From: a virus | Taxonomy: Duplodnaviria; Caudoviricetes | Reading direction: 5' to 3' (one strand) | Virus record (IMG/VR): IMGVR_UViG_3300020148_000037 | Coordinates: 1 to 42,002 of that record | DNA: 42,002 nucleotides | In this document: in pieces, positions 24,836-34,392 of the stretch | Position numbering within the stretch: position 1 is the first letter of the stretch | How the letters are laid out: every line of letters starts with the position of its first letter | Made by a program: the position numbers and the translations under genes | Notes under the pieces: model-generated | Database searches by the model: none | Seen by the model: the letters and a program-made list of their open reading frames with translations, nothing else | What the model was told of the DNA's origin: nothing

Positions 24836-24865
24836 GGCGGTCCTGACGGGCCGCCTTTCGTCTTT
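24836..24865 (+). terminator. Possible terminator after the capsid gene
   Basis: GGCGGTCC-tgac-GGGCCGCC then TTTCGTCTTT. Confidence 0.5.
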
Positions 24866-24882
24866 CCACGAGGATCCTCCCC

Positions 24883-25218
24883 ATGAAAAACTTCGTCCAG
24901 CCCGGAAGCACCATCACCCTGACCGCACCCTATGCCGTCGCCTCGGGCGACGGCCTGCTCGTCGGTGCGATCTTCGGCGTGGCCGCCGGGGACGCCGCCC
25001 TCGGCGAGCCCGTCGAGACCGCGCTCGTCGGCGTCTTCGACATCACCAAGGTCGGCAGCCAGGCGTGGACCGTCGGCACCAAGATCTATTGGGACAACAC
25101 CAACAAGCGCTGCACCACGGTCACGACGGACAACACCCTCATCGGCGTCGCGACCGAGGCCGTAGCCAGCGGCGCGGGCGATACCATCGGCCGGGTTCGG
25201 CTGAACGCCGCGTTCTGA
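24883..25218 (+). CDS. DUF2190-like capsid cement/decoration protein
   Basis: MKNFVQPG...GVF...IYWD...VRLN pattern, directly after the capsid gene. Confidence 0.85.
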   Translation: MKNFVQPGSTITLTAPYAVASGDGLLVGAIFGVAAGDAALGEPVETALVGVFDITKVGSQAWTVGTKIYWDNTNKRCTTVTTDNTLIGVATEAVASGAGDTIGRVRLNAAF

Positions 25219-25529
25219 TGAGCACCTTTGCCGCTGCCGTTGGCGCGCTCTTTGCCGATCCTAACGTCGGCCGGGACGCGGTCTACATCGCCGATGGCGG
25301 CGCGTCTGTGCTGGTGCGCGTCGTCGCCCATCGCGCCGACGCGATCAGCGACTTCGGCGATGCAAGGATCTGGTCCGAGACCACGCGCGTGGATCTGCAG
25401 GTGGCCGAGGTTGCGAACCCGCGCCCCGGTGATCGCATTGAGATCGACGGCGACGCCTTCCTCATTCAGGGTGAACCCATCCGTGATCGCGAACGGCTCG
25501 TCTGGACCGTGGATCTGAGGCCCGCATGA
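25218..25529 (+). CDS. Head-tail joining (gpFII-like) protein
   Basis: 103 aa; PRPGDRIEIDG; position; coupled start. Confidence 0.75.
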   Translation: MSTFAAAVGALFADPNVGRDAVYIADGGASVLVRVVAHRADAISDFGDARIWSETTRVDLQVAEVANPRPGDRIEIDGDAFLIQGEPIRDRERLVWTVDLRPA

Positions 25530-26182
25530 AACTCGGCGTCAGCATCGTCGGCGATATCGCCAGGATCATGGAAGCCGAAACCCGCGCTGGCGAAAAGGCA
25601 GTCTCGGCGGCAATGCGCGAAGCCGGGACCAGTCTCAAGACCGCCTGGCGAGCGCAGATCACCGGCGCCGGGCTTGGGAGTCGGCTTGCCCGAACCATTC
25701 GTTCAGCCCAATATCCAAAGGGCCGGCCGAGCCTCAACGCCGCGGCGCTGGTCTGGTCGAAGGCGCCGGTGATCGTCGGCGCGCACGATACCGGCCCGCT
25801 GATCCGTTCGAAGGCCGGTTTTTGGCTGGCGATCCCGATGCCGGCGGCGGGCAAATCACTTCGCGGCGGCCGCATCACGCCCGGTGAATGGGAGCGTCGC
25901 ACCGGCATGCGCCTGCGCTTCGTCTATCGCAGGGCGGGGCCGAGCCTGCTGGTTGCGGACAATGTTCGTGTCAGCAAGAAAGGTCGTGTTCGCGAAAACA
26001 TCACCCGGCACAAGGACGGTCGCGTCTCGAGCCGGCTGCAAGGCCGGGCGACGGCCGTGATCTTCCTGCTGGTGCCGCAGGTGAAACTGCCCAAGCGCCT
26101 CGATCTGGTGCGGGATGCGCGGGCAATCGAGAGCGCACTGCCGGGGTTGATCATGGCCAATTGGGGCGAGAACTCATCCTGA
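25526..26182 (+). CDS. DUF6441-like neck/tail completion protein
   Basis: Basic 218-aa protein with WLAIP and FLLVPQVKL; position in the neck module. Confidence 0.75.
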   Translation: MKLGVSIVGDIARIMEAETRAGEKAVSAAMREAGTSLKTAWRAQITGAGLGSRLARTIRSAQYPKGRPSLNAAALVWSKAPVIVGAHDTGPLIRSKAGFWLAIPMPAAGKSLRGGRITPGEWERRTGMRLRFVYRRAGPSLLVADNVRVSKKGRVRENITRHKDGRVSSRLQGRATAVIFLLVPQVKLPKRLDLVRDARAIESALPGLIMANWGENSS

Positions 26183-26206
26183 GGGCGGTCGACATTCTTG
26201 CGGCAT

Positions 26207-26221
26207 TGGCATATATTGCCA
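26207..26221. promoter_or_regulatory. Palindromic operator at the toxin-antitoxin promoter
   Basis: TGGCA-tatat-TGCCA in an AT-rich patch just upstream of parD. Confidence 0.55.
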
Positions 26222-26243
26222 TAGCAACTCGATGGAGACTCGC

Positions 26244-26501
26244 ATGGCCACCCGCAACGTCGTTCTGACCGATACCCAGTCCGCACTGGTCGACCGGCTG
26301 GTGGCGTCGGGGCGTTACCAGAATGCCTCGGAAGCCCTGCGTGCGGGACTGCGCCTGCTTGAGCGCGAGGAGACCGAGCTTGGCAATCTTCGCGCTCGCT
26401 TGACGACCGGACTGGAACAGGCCCGGCGCGGCGATCTGGCCGAGGGGAGCGGTGAGGATGCGATCCGTCGCGCCTTTGCTGCGGCCCGTTCGCAATCCTG
26501 A
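26244..26501 (+). CDS. parD: ParD-family antitoxin (RHH)
   Basis: RNVVLT...LVASGRYQNASEALRAGLRLLE; GGAG RBS. Confidence 0.9.
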   Translation: MATRNVVLTDTQSALVDRLVASGRYQNASEALRAGLRLLEREETELGNLRARLTTGLEQARRGDLAEGSGEDAIRRAFAAARSQS

Positions 26502-26845
26502 TGCCCAAATCATGGCACCTGACACGACAGGCCGAAGCATCCCTCGTCGAGATTGCCCGCTGGACCCTCGAGACCTTCGGCCCTCGGCAGGCGACGGCCT
26601 ATGAGGAGGACCTGGTCGCCCGCTGTGAGGAGATCGCAGCCGGTGCGGCCATGTCGCAAGACTGCCGCCGGATCATCGACCCGGAGCTGCCCGAGGATCT
26701 GCGTTTTGCGCGCGCAGGTCAGCACTTCGTCATTTTCGTCGAGGACGCCGATCAGGTGATCATCGTCGATTTCCTGCACGCCCGCTCGGACCTGCCGCGG
26801 CGGCTCGCAGCCCTCACGGAACCGAAACCCGACCGGGACCACTGA
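26501..26845 (+). CDS. parE: ParE/RelE-family toxin
   Basis: LTRQAEASLVEIARWT..TFG..QA..Y; HFVIF; IVDFLHARSD; overlaps the antitoxin stop. Confidence 0.88.
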   Translation: MPKSWHLTRQAEASLVEIARWTLETFGPRQATAYEEDLVARCEEIAAGAAMSQDCRRIIDPELPEDLRFARAGQHFVIFVEDADQVIIVDFLHARSDLPRRLAALTEPKPDRDH

Positions 26846-26877
26846 AGCCGGGCTGGTCCCGGCAAACCGGGATCACC

Positions 26878-27297
26878 ATGTCCACCACCCGCGAAACCAT
26901 CCTCGCCGCGCTGCACACGCGGCTTTCGGCGCTGCCCGCCACCGCGCTGCGTGGTGAGGTCCTGCCCGAGCGTGTGCCGGCAGCCGGGCTGCTGATCCTG
27001 CGCGACGGCGAGCCGGGCGAGCCCGAGGTGACGCTGTCGCCCTTGCGATACCACTACCAGCACCGCGCCGAGATCGAAGCGGTCGTGCAAGGTGTGAACC
27101 GCGACACGACCTTCGACACGCTCTGCGCCAGTATCGGTGCGACACTCGCCGCCGACCGGACGTTTGGCGGACTCTGCGACTGGGTGGAGGCGGAAGCTCC
27201 TCAGCCCGTCGATCTGCCGGTGGACGGCGCGGCCAGCCTGAAGGCGGCCGTCATTCCGGTGATGCTGCATTATTCCACGGCCGACCCACTCGGCTGA
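26878..27297 (+). CDS. Tail terminator-like protein
   Basis: TTRETILAAL...ADRTFGGLCDW...Y.TADPL; precedes the tail tube gene. Confidence 0.72.
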   Translation: MSTTRETILAALHTRLSALPATALRGEVLPERVPAAGLLILRDGEPGEPEVTLSPLRYHYQHRAEIEAVVQGVNRDTTFDTLCASIGATLAADRTFGGLCDWVEAEAPQPVDLPVDGAASLKAAVIPVMLHYSTADPLG

Positions 27298-27326
27298 ACC
27301 CGACAACATCTGACAGGGACAAGATC

Positions 27327-28271
27327 ATGGCACGAGCCCAAGGGGCGCGGGCGCGGATGGCGCTCGCCTTCGAGACGACCTATGGCACACCGCCCGGCAG
27401 CGGCTACACGAGGATGCCGTTTGCAAGCACGACGCTCGGGTCCGAGCAGCCACTGCTGAACTCGGAACTGCTCGGCTATGGCCGCGATCCTCTGGCGCCG
27501 GTCAAGGACGCGGTGACCGCCGATGGCGATGTGGTGGTGCCGATCGACGCAGCGGCTTTCGGCTTCTGGCTGAAGGCGGCCTTCGGCGATCCCACCACCA
27601 CCGGCACCGCGCCCGGACCCTTCACGCATACGTTCCAGTCCGGATCGTGGACACTGCCGTCGATGGCAATCGAGACCGGCATGCCCGAGGTGCCGCGCTA
27701 TGCGATGTATTCCGGCGTGGTGCTCGATCAGCTGACCTGGCAGATGCAGCGCTCCGGCCTGCTCACGGCCACCGCGCGGCTGGTGGCGCAAGGCGAGACG
27801 GTCAACACCACCTCGCAGGCCGGCACGCCGACCGAGCTGGACCTCATCCGTTTCGGTCACTTCAACGGCTCGATCAAGCGCAACGGCACCGCCTTGGGCA
27901 ACGTGATCTCGACCGAGATCACCTATGCCAACAATCTCGACCGCATCGAGACCATTCGCGCCGACGGCATGATCGACGGCGCCGATCCGTCCATTTCCGC
28001 GCTCACCGGCCGCACCGAGGTGCGCTTCGCCGACAGCACATTGGTGACGCAGGCCATCAACGGCACGCCGTGCGAACTGGAATTCTCCTACACGCTCATC
28101 TCCGGCGAGAGCCTGACCTTCACGGCGCATGCCGTTTATCTGCCGCGGCCGCGGATCGAGATTTCCGGACCGCAGGGCGTGCAGGCCTCGTTCGACTGGC
28201 AGGCCGCGCGCGACGCCACGCTCGGACGCATGTGCACCGCCGTTCTCGTCAATGATGTGGAGGACTACTGA
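27327..28271 (+). CDS. Major tail tube protein
   Basis: 314 aa, Thr/Gly-rich beta composition; precedes chaperone and tape measure. Confidence 0.85.
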   Translation: MARAQGARARMALAFETTYGTPPGSGYTRMPFASTTLGSEQPLLNSELLGYGRDPLAPVKDAVTADGDVVVPIDAAAFGFWLKAAFGDPTTTGTAPGPFTHTFQSGSWTLPSMAIETGMPEVPRYAMYSGVVLDQLTWQMQRSGLLTATARLVAQGETVNTTSQAGTPTELDLIRFGHFNGSIKRNGTALGNVISTEITYANNLDRIETIRADGMIDGADPSISALTGRTEVRFADSTLVTQAINGTPCELEFSYTLISGESLTFTAHAVYLPRPRIEISGPQGVQASFDWQAARDATLGRMCTAVLVNDVEDY

Positions 28272-28273
28272 CC

Positions 28274-28711
28274 ATGATCCGTCTCGATCTTTCCACCACC
28301 CCCCGCTGGCTCGACCTCGGCCATGGTCTGCGCCTGCAGGTTCTGCCGGTGACCACGGCTATCATGGTCGCTGCCCGCAACGATCCCGACGTCGAAGCGC
28401 TGCCAAAGAACGCCAGCCAGGAGCAGATGGCGGTGGTCATGGCCAAGGCCGTCGCCCGGCGCGTGGTGACGGATTGGGAAGGCGTCGGCGATGCCAACGG
28501 CAAGCCCGTTCCCGTCACGCCGGAAGGCATCGACGCGCTTCTCGACATCTGGCCGATATTCGAGACCTTCCAGACCCGCTGCCTTGCACCACATCTGATG
28601 CTGGACGCGGAAAAAAACGTCTCATCGCCCTTGCCGAATGGCACTTCGGCGGGGGCGAAAGCTATTGCGCGGCCTGCGAAGGCGCGTGCGAAGACTGCCC
28701 GGCACGGCTGA
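28274..28711 (+). CDS. Tail assembly chaperone (gpG-like)
   Basis: VTDWEGVGD motif; contains slippery A AAA AAC at 28612-28618. Confidence 0.82.
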   Translation: MIRLDLSTTPRWLDLGHGLRLQVLPVTTAIMVAARNDPDVEALPKNASQEQMAVVMAKAVARRVVTDWEGVGDANGKPVPVTPEGIDALLDIWPIFETFQTRCLAPHLMLDAEKNVSSPLPNGTSAGAKAIARPAKARAKTARHG

Positions 28712-28950
28712 ACCATCCGGAAACTCCGGAAGGTTGGCAGGTCTGGGACCTCGTCCTGCGCCTGACCGGACAGTTGCGCGTTGCCGGCGGCATGGGCGCC
28801 ACGGTTGTCATCGGCTGGGACATGACGGCGGCGCTCGCCATGGCGCGGGCGCTTGGGATCGATCCGCTGGTCGCCGCCGAATGCCTGCCCGGGATCGAGG
28901 CGGTGATGGTGCGCAAGCTCAACGAACAGATGGCGGCCGAACGCGGCTGA
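28609..28950 (+). CDS. Tail assembly chaperone extension (gpT-like), reached by -1 frameshift
   Basis: -1 frame open from the slippery site: KRLIALAEWHFGGGESYCAAC...GWDMTAALAMA; ends just before the tape measure gene. Confidence 0.78.
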   Translation, partial: GKKRLIALAEWHFGGGESYCAACEGACEDCPARLNHPETPEGWQVWDLVLRLTGQLRVAGGMGATVVIGWDMTAALAMARALGIDPLVAAECLPGIEAVMVRKLNEQMAAERG

Positions 28951-28972
28951 CCCGACGAGGTTCAAATCAAAC

Positions 28973-31102
28973 ATGGCCGAAAAGCGCGTCTCCGTCCGGC
29001 TCGTTGCCGAGGGCGGTCGGCTGGTCAGGTCCGAGTTTCAGGGCGTCGGCGAGGCTGGCGAAGCCAGCTTCAAGCGCATCGAGAAACAGGCCGACATCAC
29101 CGGCAAGGTGGTGCGCCGCGTCATGGGCGTCCTCGGCGCGGCGATCAGCGTCCAGCAGCTTGTCACCTATACCAACAGCTGGACCGATCTGCGCTCGCGG
29201 GTCGATCTGGCCACCGGCAGCCAGGAAAAGGGCGCAGCCGTCATGGAGCGGCTCGCGACCATGGCGCGGCGCACCTATTCCGGCATCGAACAGACGACCG
29301 AGTCCTGGCTCGCCAATGCCACGGCGCTCAGGGAACTCGGGCTTTCGACGAAGGAGAGCCTGGATTTCACCGAGGCGCTCAACAACGCCATGGTGGTGTC
29401 GGGCGCCAAGGGCGAACGGGCGGCCTCGGTGCAGAATGCGCTGTCCAAGGCTATGGCGCTCGGCAAACTCTCCGGCGACAACCTCAACACGGTGATTGCC
29501 AGCGGCGGCCGGGTCGCCGAGTTGCTGGCGGCGGAGCTGGGCGTCAATGTCAATCAGCTGCGTGAGTTGGGAGCCGAAGGCACGATCACTGGCGACGTCA
29601 TCCGGCGCGCACTGGTCGGCAATCTCGAACGCCTGCGCGAGGAAGCCGATAGCATGCCGGCCACCATCGGCGATGCCTTCACGCTGCTGTCCAATGCCGC
29701 CCTGCAACTGGTCGGCTCCTGGGACACAATGGCAGGCGCTTCGTCCCTGGTGGCAGGCGCGATCATCCTGCTTGCCGACAATCTCGAACATCTTGCCGCC
29801 ATCGGTGTCGCCTTCGCCGGCTTCATGGCCGGACGCTGGGTTGCAGCCTTCGTTGCGGCGCGGATTGCCACCTTCAGCCTGTCGGGCGCACTGGCGCTGC
29901 TGCGCGGCGCCATCATCCGCACCGGCATCGGCGCGCTGATTGTCGCTGCCGGCGAGCTGATCTACTGGTTCGGCCAGCTGGTGAAAGGCGCCGGCGGTTT
30001 CGGGCACGCGCTCGAGCTGATGGGCAATCTGGCCGGCGCCGTCTGGGATGGCATCAAGGCAGTCGCCTCGTCCTTCGTCGACGATTTCCGCTCGATCAAG
30101 GCCAGCGTCGAACAGCTCTGGCTCAAGCTGATGGCGTTCCTCTCCAACAAATGGGCCGACTTTCTCGCCACGATCGGCCCGACCTTCAACAGTGTTGCCG
30201 AAACACTCGGCACGGATGCCCGGATCGACTGGTTCGGGGCACAGTCCTACGCTTCGATGCTCGACCATGCCGTCAGCAATGCCGGCGTCATGGCGGATCG
30301 CTATCGTCAGCGAGCCCAGGACACACGCGCTCATGCTTTCGATGCCGTCGGTCCCGCAGCACAGGCGCTTGGCGACGCCATCAAGGGCGCTGACAGCCCC
30401 GCATCGCTCGATGATGCCGCAGCAGCGGCTGGCCGTGTGACCGATGCGCTCGACAGTTCGGCGGCCGCTGCAAAGAAGGCCGGCAAGGCCAACAAGAAGG
30501 CATCAGAAGAAGCTGTCACCGGTTGGGATGCAGTGGTCAAAAGCCTTTCCGATTATGCGGCGAAGGCCCGCGACATCGGCGCCGATGTCGGCAATGCGCT
30601 GGTCAATGCGTTTCAGGGGGCGGAAAATGCGATTGGCGAGTTCGTCAAGACCGGCAAGCTGAAGTTCGGCGATCTCGTCACTTCGCTCATTGCCGATCTC
30701 GCCAAGCTTGCCGCTCGGCGCTTCATCCTCGGTCCGATCGCCAATGCGTTCTCCGGCGTTCTCGGCAGTGCGGGCGGACTGTTCGCCAATATCCTGCATG
30801 CCGGTGGCGTGGTTGGTTCACCCGGTCCCGGCCGCATGGTGCCGGCCATGGCCTTTGCTGGCGCACCCCGCATGCATTCGGGAGGCTGGGCAGGCCTCCG
30901 GCCCGACGAGGTGCCCGCGATCCTGCAGCGCGGTGAGCGAGTGCTCTCCCGTCGTGAGGCAGCAGCGGCGGCGCGTGGCGTATCCGCTCCGACCGTCAAT
31001 GTCACGATCAACGCCCGCGATGCCGAGAGCTTCCGGCAATCGCGCACGCAGGTCGCCGCCGACATAGCGCGTGCGGTGTCGCTCGGTCGGCGCGGTCTCT
31101 GA
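28973..31102 (+). CDS. Tape measure protein
   Basis: 709 aa, Ala-rich helical; ALSKAMALGKLSGDNL tape-measure motif; C-terminal HSGG...DEVPAILQRGERVL. Confidence 0.92.
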   Translation: MAEKRVSVRLVAEGGRLVRSEFQGVGEAGEASFKRIEKQADITGKVVRRVMGVLGAAISVQQLVTYTNSWTDLRSRVDLATGSQEKGAAVMERLATMARRTYSGIEQTTESWLANATALRELGLSTKESLDFTEALNNAMVVSGAKGERAASVQNALSKAMALGKLSGDNLNTVIASGGRVAELLAAELGVNVNQLRELGAEGTITGDVIRRALVGNLERLREEADSMPATIGDAFTLLSNAALQLVGSWDTMAGASSLVAGAIILLADNLEHLAAIGVAFAGFMAGRWVAAFVAARIATFSLSGALALLRGAIIRTGIGALIVAAGELIYWFGQLVKGAGGFGHALELMGNLAGAVWDGIKAVASSFVDDFRSIKASVEQLWLKLMAFLSNKWADFLATIGPTFNSVAETLGTDARIDWFGAQSYASMLDHAVSNAGVMADRYRQRAQDTRAHAFDAVGPAAQALGDAIKGADSPASLDDAAAAAGRVTDALDSSAAAAKKAGKANKKASEEAVTGWDAVVKSLSDYAAKARDIGADVGNALVNAFQGAENAIGEFVKTGKLKFGDLVTSLIADLAKLAARRFILGPIANAFSGVLGSAGGLFANILHAGGVVGSPGPGRMVPAMAFAGAPRMHSGGWAGLRPDEVPAILQRGERVLSRREAAAAARGVSAPTVNVTINARDAESFRQSRTQVAADIARAVSLGRRGL

Positions 31103-31116
31103 GGTTTTTGCAAAAA

Positions 31117-31743
31117 ATGGCTTTCCACGAGGTCCGGTTTCCGGACGATATCTCGCGCGGCGCACGCGGCGGGCCGGAACGGCGCACGCAGATCGTCGAA
31201 CTGACCTCGGGCGACGAGGAGCGCAATGCCAGCTGGGCGAACAGTCGCCGCCGCTATGATGTCGCCTACGGCATCCGCCGCGCCGACGATCTCGCCGCCG
31301 TCGTCGCCTTCTTCGAGGCGCGCAATGGTCGGCTCTACGGGTTTCGCTTCAAGGACTGGGCCGACTACAAATCGTGCCTGCCGTCGCAGGCGCCGGGCGC
31401 AACCGACCAGCAGCTCGGAACCGGCAACGGCAGCACCAGGACCTTCCAACTGGTGAAGAGCTATGCCTCGGGCAGCCAGAGCTGGGTGCGGATCATCACC
31501 AAACCCGTTGCCGGCAGCGTGACGATCGCGCTTGCCGGCACGCCAGCACCTGCGGGCTGGTCGGTCGACAGCACAACCGGGCTTGTCACCTTCGGCACGG
31601 CGCCCGCTGCCGGCGTGAGCATTGCCGCCGGCTTCGAGTTCGACGTGCCCGTCCGTTTCGACACCGACACGCTCGACATCACCCTTGATCTCGAGCGGCT
31701 CGGCTCGATCACCTCCATTCCCCTTGTGGAGATCCGCAAATGA
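31117..31743 (+). CDS. DUF2460 distal tail protein (RcGTA g12-like)
   Basis: FHEVRFP, FFEARNG, FRFKDWAD, FEFDVPVRFDTD. Confidence 0.9.
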   Translation: MAFHEVRFPDDISRGARGGPERRTQIVELTSGDEERNASWANSRRRYDVAYGIRRADDLAAVVAFFEARNGRLYGFRFKDWADYKSCLPSQAPGATDQQLGTGNGSTRTFQLVKSYASGSQSWVRIITKPVAGSVTIALAGTPAPAGWSVDSTTGLVTFGTAPAAGVSIAAGFEFDVPVRFDTDTLDITLDLERLGSITSIPLVEIRK

Positions 31744-32090
31744 ACGATGAACCCGGCTTCATCGCCGGCGTGCTGCGCGATCTTGCAGCCTCGACGGCGG
31801 TGATCCTTGCCGCCTGGGGCGCGCTCGGCGGCGCCACCAATGCGCTGACCACCCGCATGCGGCTGCGCGATGCGCTGCGCCACATCCTGCTCGGCGGCAT
31901 CATCGCCGCCGGCATGGGCAGTTTTTCCATGGCGCTGGTCACGAAGTGGCTCGGTCTGCCTGCCGAAGCGATCCCGGCCGGCGGCGCTGCCGGTTCCGCC
32001 GCCTATCTCGTCGGCGTCTTTGGTCCCGCCTTCATCGAGGTCGCACTTGCCCGGCTGCGTGGCGCGAAGGGAGGCGATCACGATGCGTGA
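31740..32090 (+). CDS. Putative holin
   Basis: 116 aa, about three hydrophobic segments, upstream of the endolysin. Confidence 0.7.
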   Translation: MNDEPGFIAGVLRDLAASTAVILAAWGALGGATNALTTRMRLRDALRHILLGGIIAAGMGSFSMALVTKWLGLPAEAIPAGGAAGSAAYLVGVFGPAFIEVALARLRGAKGGDHDA

Positions 32091-32214
32091 GCTCCTGCGC
32101 CTTGCCCGGCAGTTGCGCTGCGACAGTCCCGACCCGCGCGAGGCCTTCGTCCACCGCCTGCGCATCGGGAGCGTGGTCGCGCTCCTCATCCTGCTCGTCT
32201 TTCTCCTGAGGTGA
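32083..32214 (+). CDS. Small membrane peptide in the lysis cassette (43 aa)
   Basis: GGAGG RBS; basic N-terminus and C-terminal hydrophobic helix (IGSVVALLILLVFLLR). Confidence 0.6.
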   Translation: MRELLRLARQLRCDSPDPREAFVHRLRIGSVVALLILLVFLLR

Positions 32215-32220
32215 TTTTCC

Positions 32221-32970
32221 ATGCACGGCAATTTCAGAAACTGCCTGGCGGTGACGCTGGGTTATGAGGGCGGCTGGTCGGATCATCCTACCGATCCGGG
32301 CGGCGCCACCATGAAGGGCATCACGCTCGCCACCTATCGTCGTTTCAAACCCGGCGCCACCAAGACCCAGCTGCGCAACATCCCGATGAAGGATGTCGAG
32401 GCGATCTACCGTGCCGGATACTGGGACACGGTCAATGGTGACCGGCTTGCCGCCGGTGTCGATCTCGCCACCTTCGATGCCGGGGTGAACTCCGGCCCTG
32501 CACGGGCAAGAAGCTGGCTGATGGCCTCCATCGGCGGGCCCGATCACGAAACGGTCCGGAAACTCTGCGCCAAACGCCTCGGCTTCATGCGCTCGCTCGC
32601 CATCTGGAACACCTTCGGCCGGGGCTGGTCGCGGCGTGTCGCAGAAATCGAGGCCAGGGGTGTGGCGTGGGCGCTGGCCAGGTCCAAAAGCCCCGTGCAG
32701 GCGCGTGAGCAGCTGGAGACGGAAGCAGCTGCGGCCAACTCCAGATCGAGAACGCAGACCGTTGGCGCCGGCACGGCCGGCACCGCGACGACGGCAGGCA
32801 GCGGCGATGCACTCTTCAATCCACAGCATGCCGACCAGATCGCCGGCTGGATGCTGGGCGGCCTGCTGACGGTGGGCGCGGTTGTCGCCGCCATTCTCAT
32901 CATACGCGCCATCATCCACCGGCAGCGGGCCTCGGCCTATGCCGCCGAAGCGAAAAGGATCACCTCATGA
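32221..32970 (+). CDS. Endolysin, glycoside hydrolase family 108, with C-terminal hydrophobic segment
   Basis: EGGWSDHPTDPGGATMKGIT, FDAGVNSGP, FGRGWSRRV. Confidence 0.9.
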   Translation: MHGNFRNCLAVTLGYEGGWSDHPTDPGGATMKGITLATYRRFKPGATKTQLRNIPMKDVEAIYRAGYWDTVNGDRLAAGVDLATFDAGVNSGPARARSWLMASIGGPDHETVRKLCAKRLGFMRSLAIWNTFGRGWSRRVAEIEARGVAWALARSKSPVQAREQLETEAAAANSRSRTQTVGAGTAGTATTAGSGDALFNPQHADQIAGWMLGGLLTVGAVVAAILIIRAIIHRQRASAYAAEAKRITS

Positions 32971-33491
32971 GCACGGTTCTTGCCTCCATCCTGATCGAGG
33001 CGGCGACCAGGGTCGGCGCGCCGATCGTCAAGCAGCTGCTTGAACAGCATGTCGGCGGCACGGCCGGCGAGATCGGTGGCATGGTCATCGACGCCATTGC
33101 CGGCAACGCCGGTGTGGCGCCAGACGCTCTTCCTTCCCTCCCGGCCAGGGACCTCGAAGCCGCCGTGGCCGCTGTCGAGGCAGAAACGCCCGGGCTCGTT
33201 GCCGCATGGGTCGACCAGCAGCGTGAGGCCAACCGGCTGATGCTGGCTGAGCTGGACAGAAGCGAGAGCTGGTGGACCTGGGCATGGCGCCCGGCATGGA
33301 TGTGGTTCCTCGGCTTTCTCTTCCTGTTCCGGCTGGTGCTGGTGCCGATCGCCGATGCGATCCTTGGCTCCGAGATCGCAGCAGCCGTCGACCTCCCTAC
33401 CATGATGACGCTGACTGCCTGGTTCATGGGCCTCTACATGGGCGGCCACACGCTCAAGGATGCGCTCACCAAGTGGACGGCACGGTCCTGA
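32967..33491 (+). CDS. Holin-like membrane protein (GTA 3TM-holin-like)
   Basis: WxxAWRP motif followed by two hydrophobic segments and YMGGHTLK. Confidence 0.7.
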   Translation: MSTVLASILIEAATRVGAPIVKQLLEQHVGGTAGEIGGMVIDAIAGNAGVAPDALPSLPARDLEAAVAAVEAETPGLVAAWVDQQREANRLMLAELDRSESWWTWAWRPAWMWFLGFLFLFRLVLVPIADAILGSEIAAAVDLPTMMTLTAWFMGLYMGGHTLKDALTKWTARS

Positions 33492-33507
33492 CGGTCGGAG
33501 AGCCAGA

Positions 33508-34392
33508 ATGAAAAACCTTTCCCCCGCGCTCCAGGCCCATCTCGATGAGGGCACGACGACGCTCGCTTGGGTGTGGCGCATCGCCCGTACCGATGGTGCC
33601 GTGTTCGGCTTCACCGACCATGATCGGACGCTGTCGTTCGACGGCACCGCGTTCGAACCGGAAAGCGGGTTGACAGCGTCGGAAGTCCGCACGGGCTCCG
33701 ACCTTTCCGTCGATGCGCAGGATGCGCAAGGCGCGCTGACCTCCGACCGCATCACCGAAACCGACATTCTCGACGGCCGCTGGGATAATGCCGAGGTCGA
33801 GGTCTGGCGGGTCAACTGGGCCGATACCGCACAGCGCGTACTGTTGCGACGCGGCGCCATCGGTCAGATCCGGCGCGGCCGGCTCGCCTTTGTCGCCGAG
33901 ATGCGCAGCCAGGCGCATGTGCTGAGCCAGACCGTCGGCCGCCTGTTCCAGGCGACCTGCGGTGCCGAACTTGGCGACGGGCGATGCCGGGTCAATCTCG
34001 ACGCGTCAGCCTTCAAGGGCACAGGCGCGGTGATCGATCTGCTGCGTGACCGCGCCTTCACCGCCTCAGGGCTGGCGAGCTTTACCGCGGGCTGGTTCGG
34101 CTTTGGCACGGTGACATGGACCAGCGGCGCCAATGCCGGGCGACGAGCGGAGGTGTTGAGCCATGATCTCGTGGACGGTATCGCCATCGTGACGCTGCTC
34201 GAGGCGCCGGTACGCGCCATGGCCGAGAGTGACGCCTTCATCATCCGCGCCGGCTGCGACAAGCGGCTGGCGACCTGCTCAGCAAAATTCGCCAATGTCG
34301 CCAACTTCCGCGGCTTCCCCCACATCCCCGGCCAGGACGCGGTGCTGCGCTATGCGACGAAGGATGGCGGCCATGATGGAGCGGTGCTGTGA
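33508..34392 (+). CDS. DUF2163 baseplate hub protein (RcGTA g13-like)
   Basis: GFTDHDR, CGAELGDGRC, GCDK...C..KF.N..NFRGFPHIPG. Confidence 0.9.
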   Translation: MKNLSPALQAHLDEGTTTLAWVWRIARTDGAVFGFTDHDRTLSFDGTAFEPESGLTASEVRTGSDLSVDAQDAQGALTSDRITETDILDGRWDNAEVEVWRVNWADTAQRVLLRRGAIGQIRRGRLAFVAEMRSQAHVLSQTVGRLFQATCGAELGDGRCRVNLDASAFKGTGAVIDLLRDRAFTASGLASFTAGWFGFGTVTWTSGANAGRRAEVLSHDLVDGIAIVTLLEAPVRAMAESDAFIIRAGCDKRLATCSAKFANVANFRGFPHIPGQDAVLRYATKDGGHDGAVL

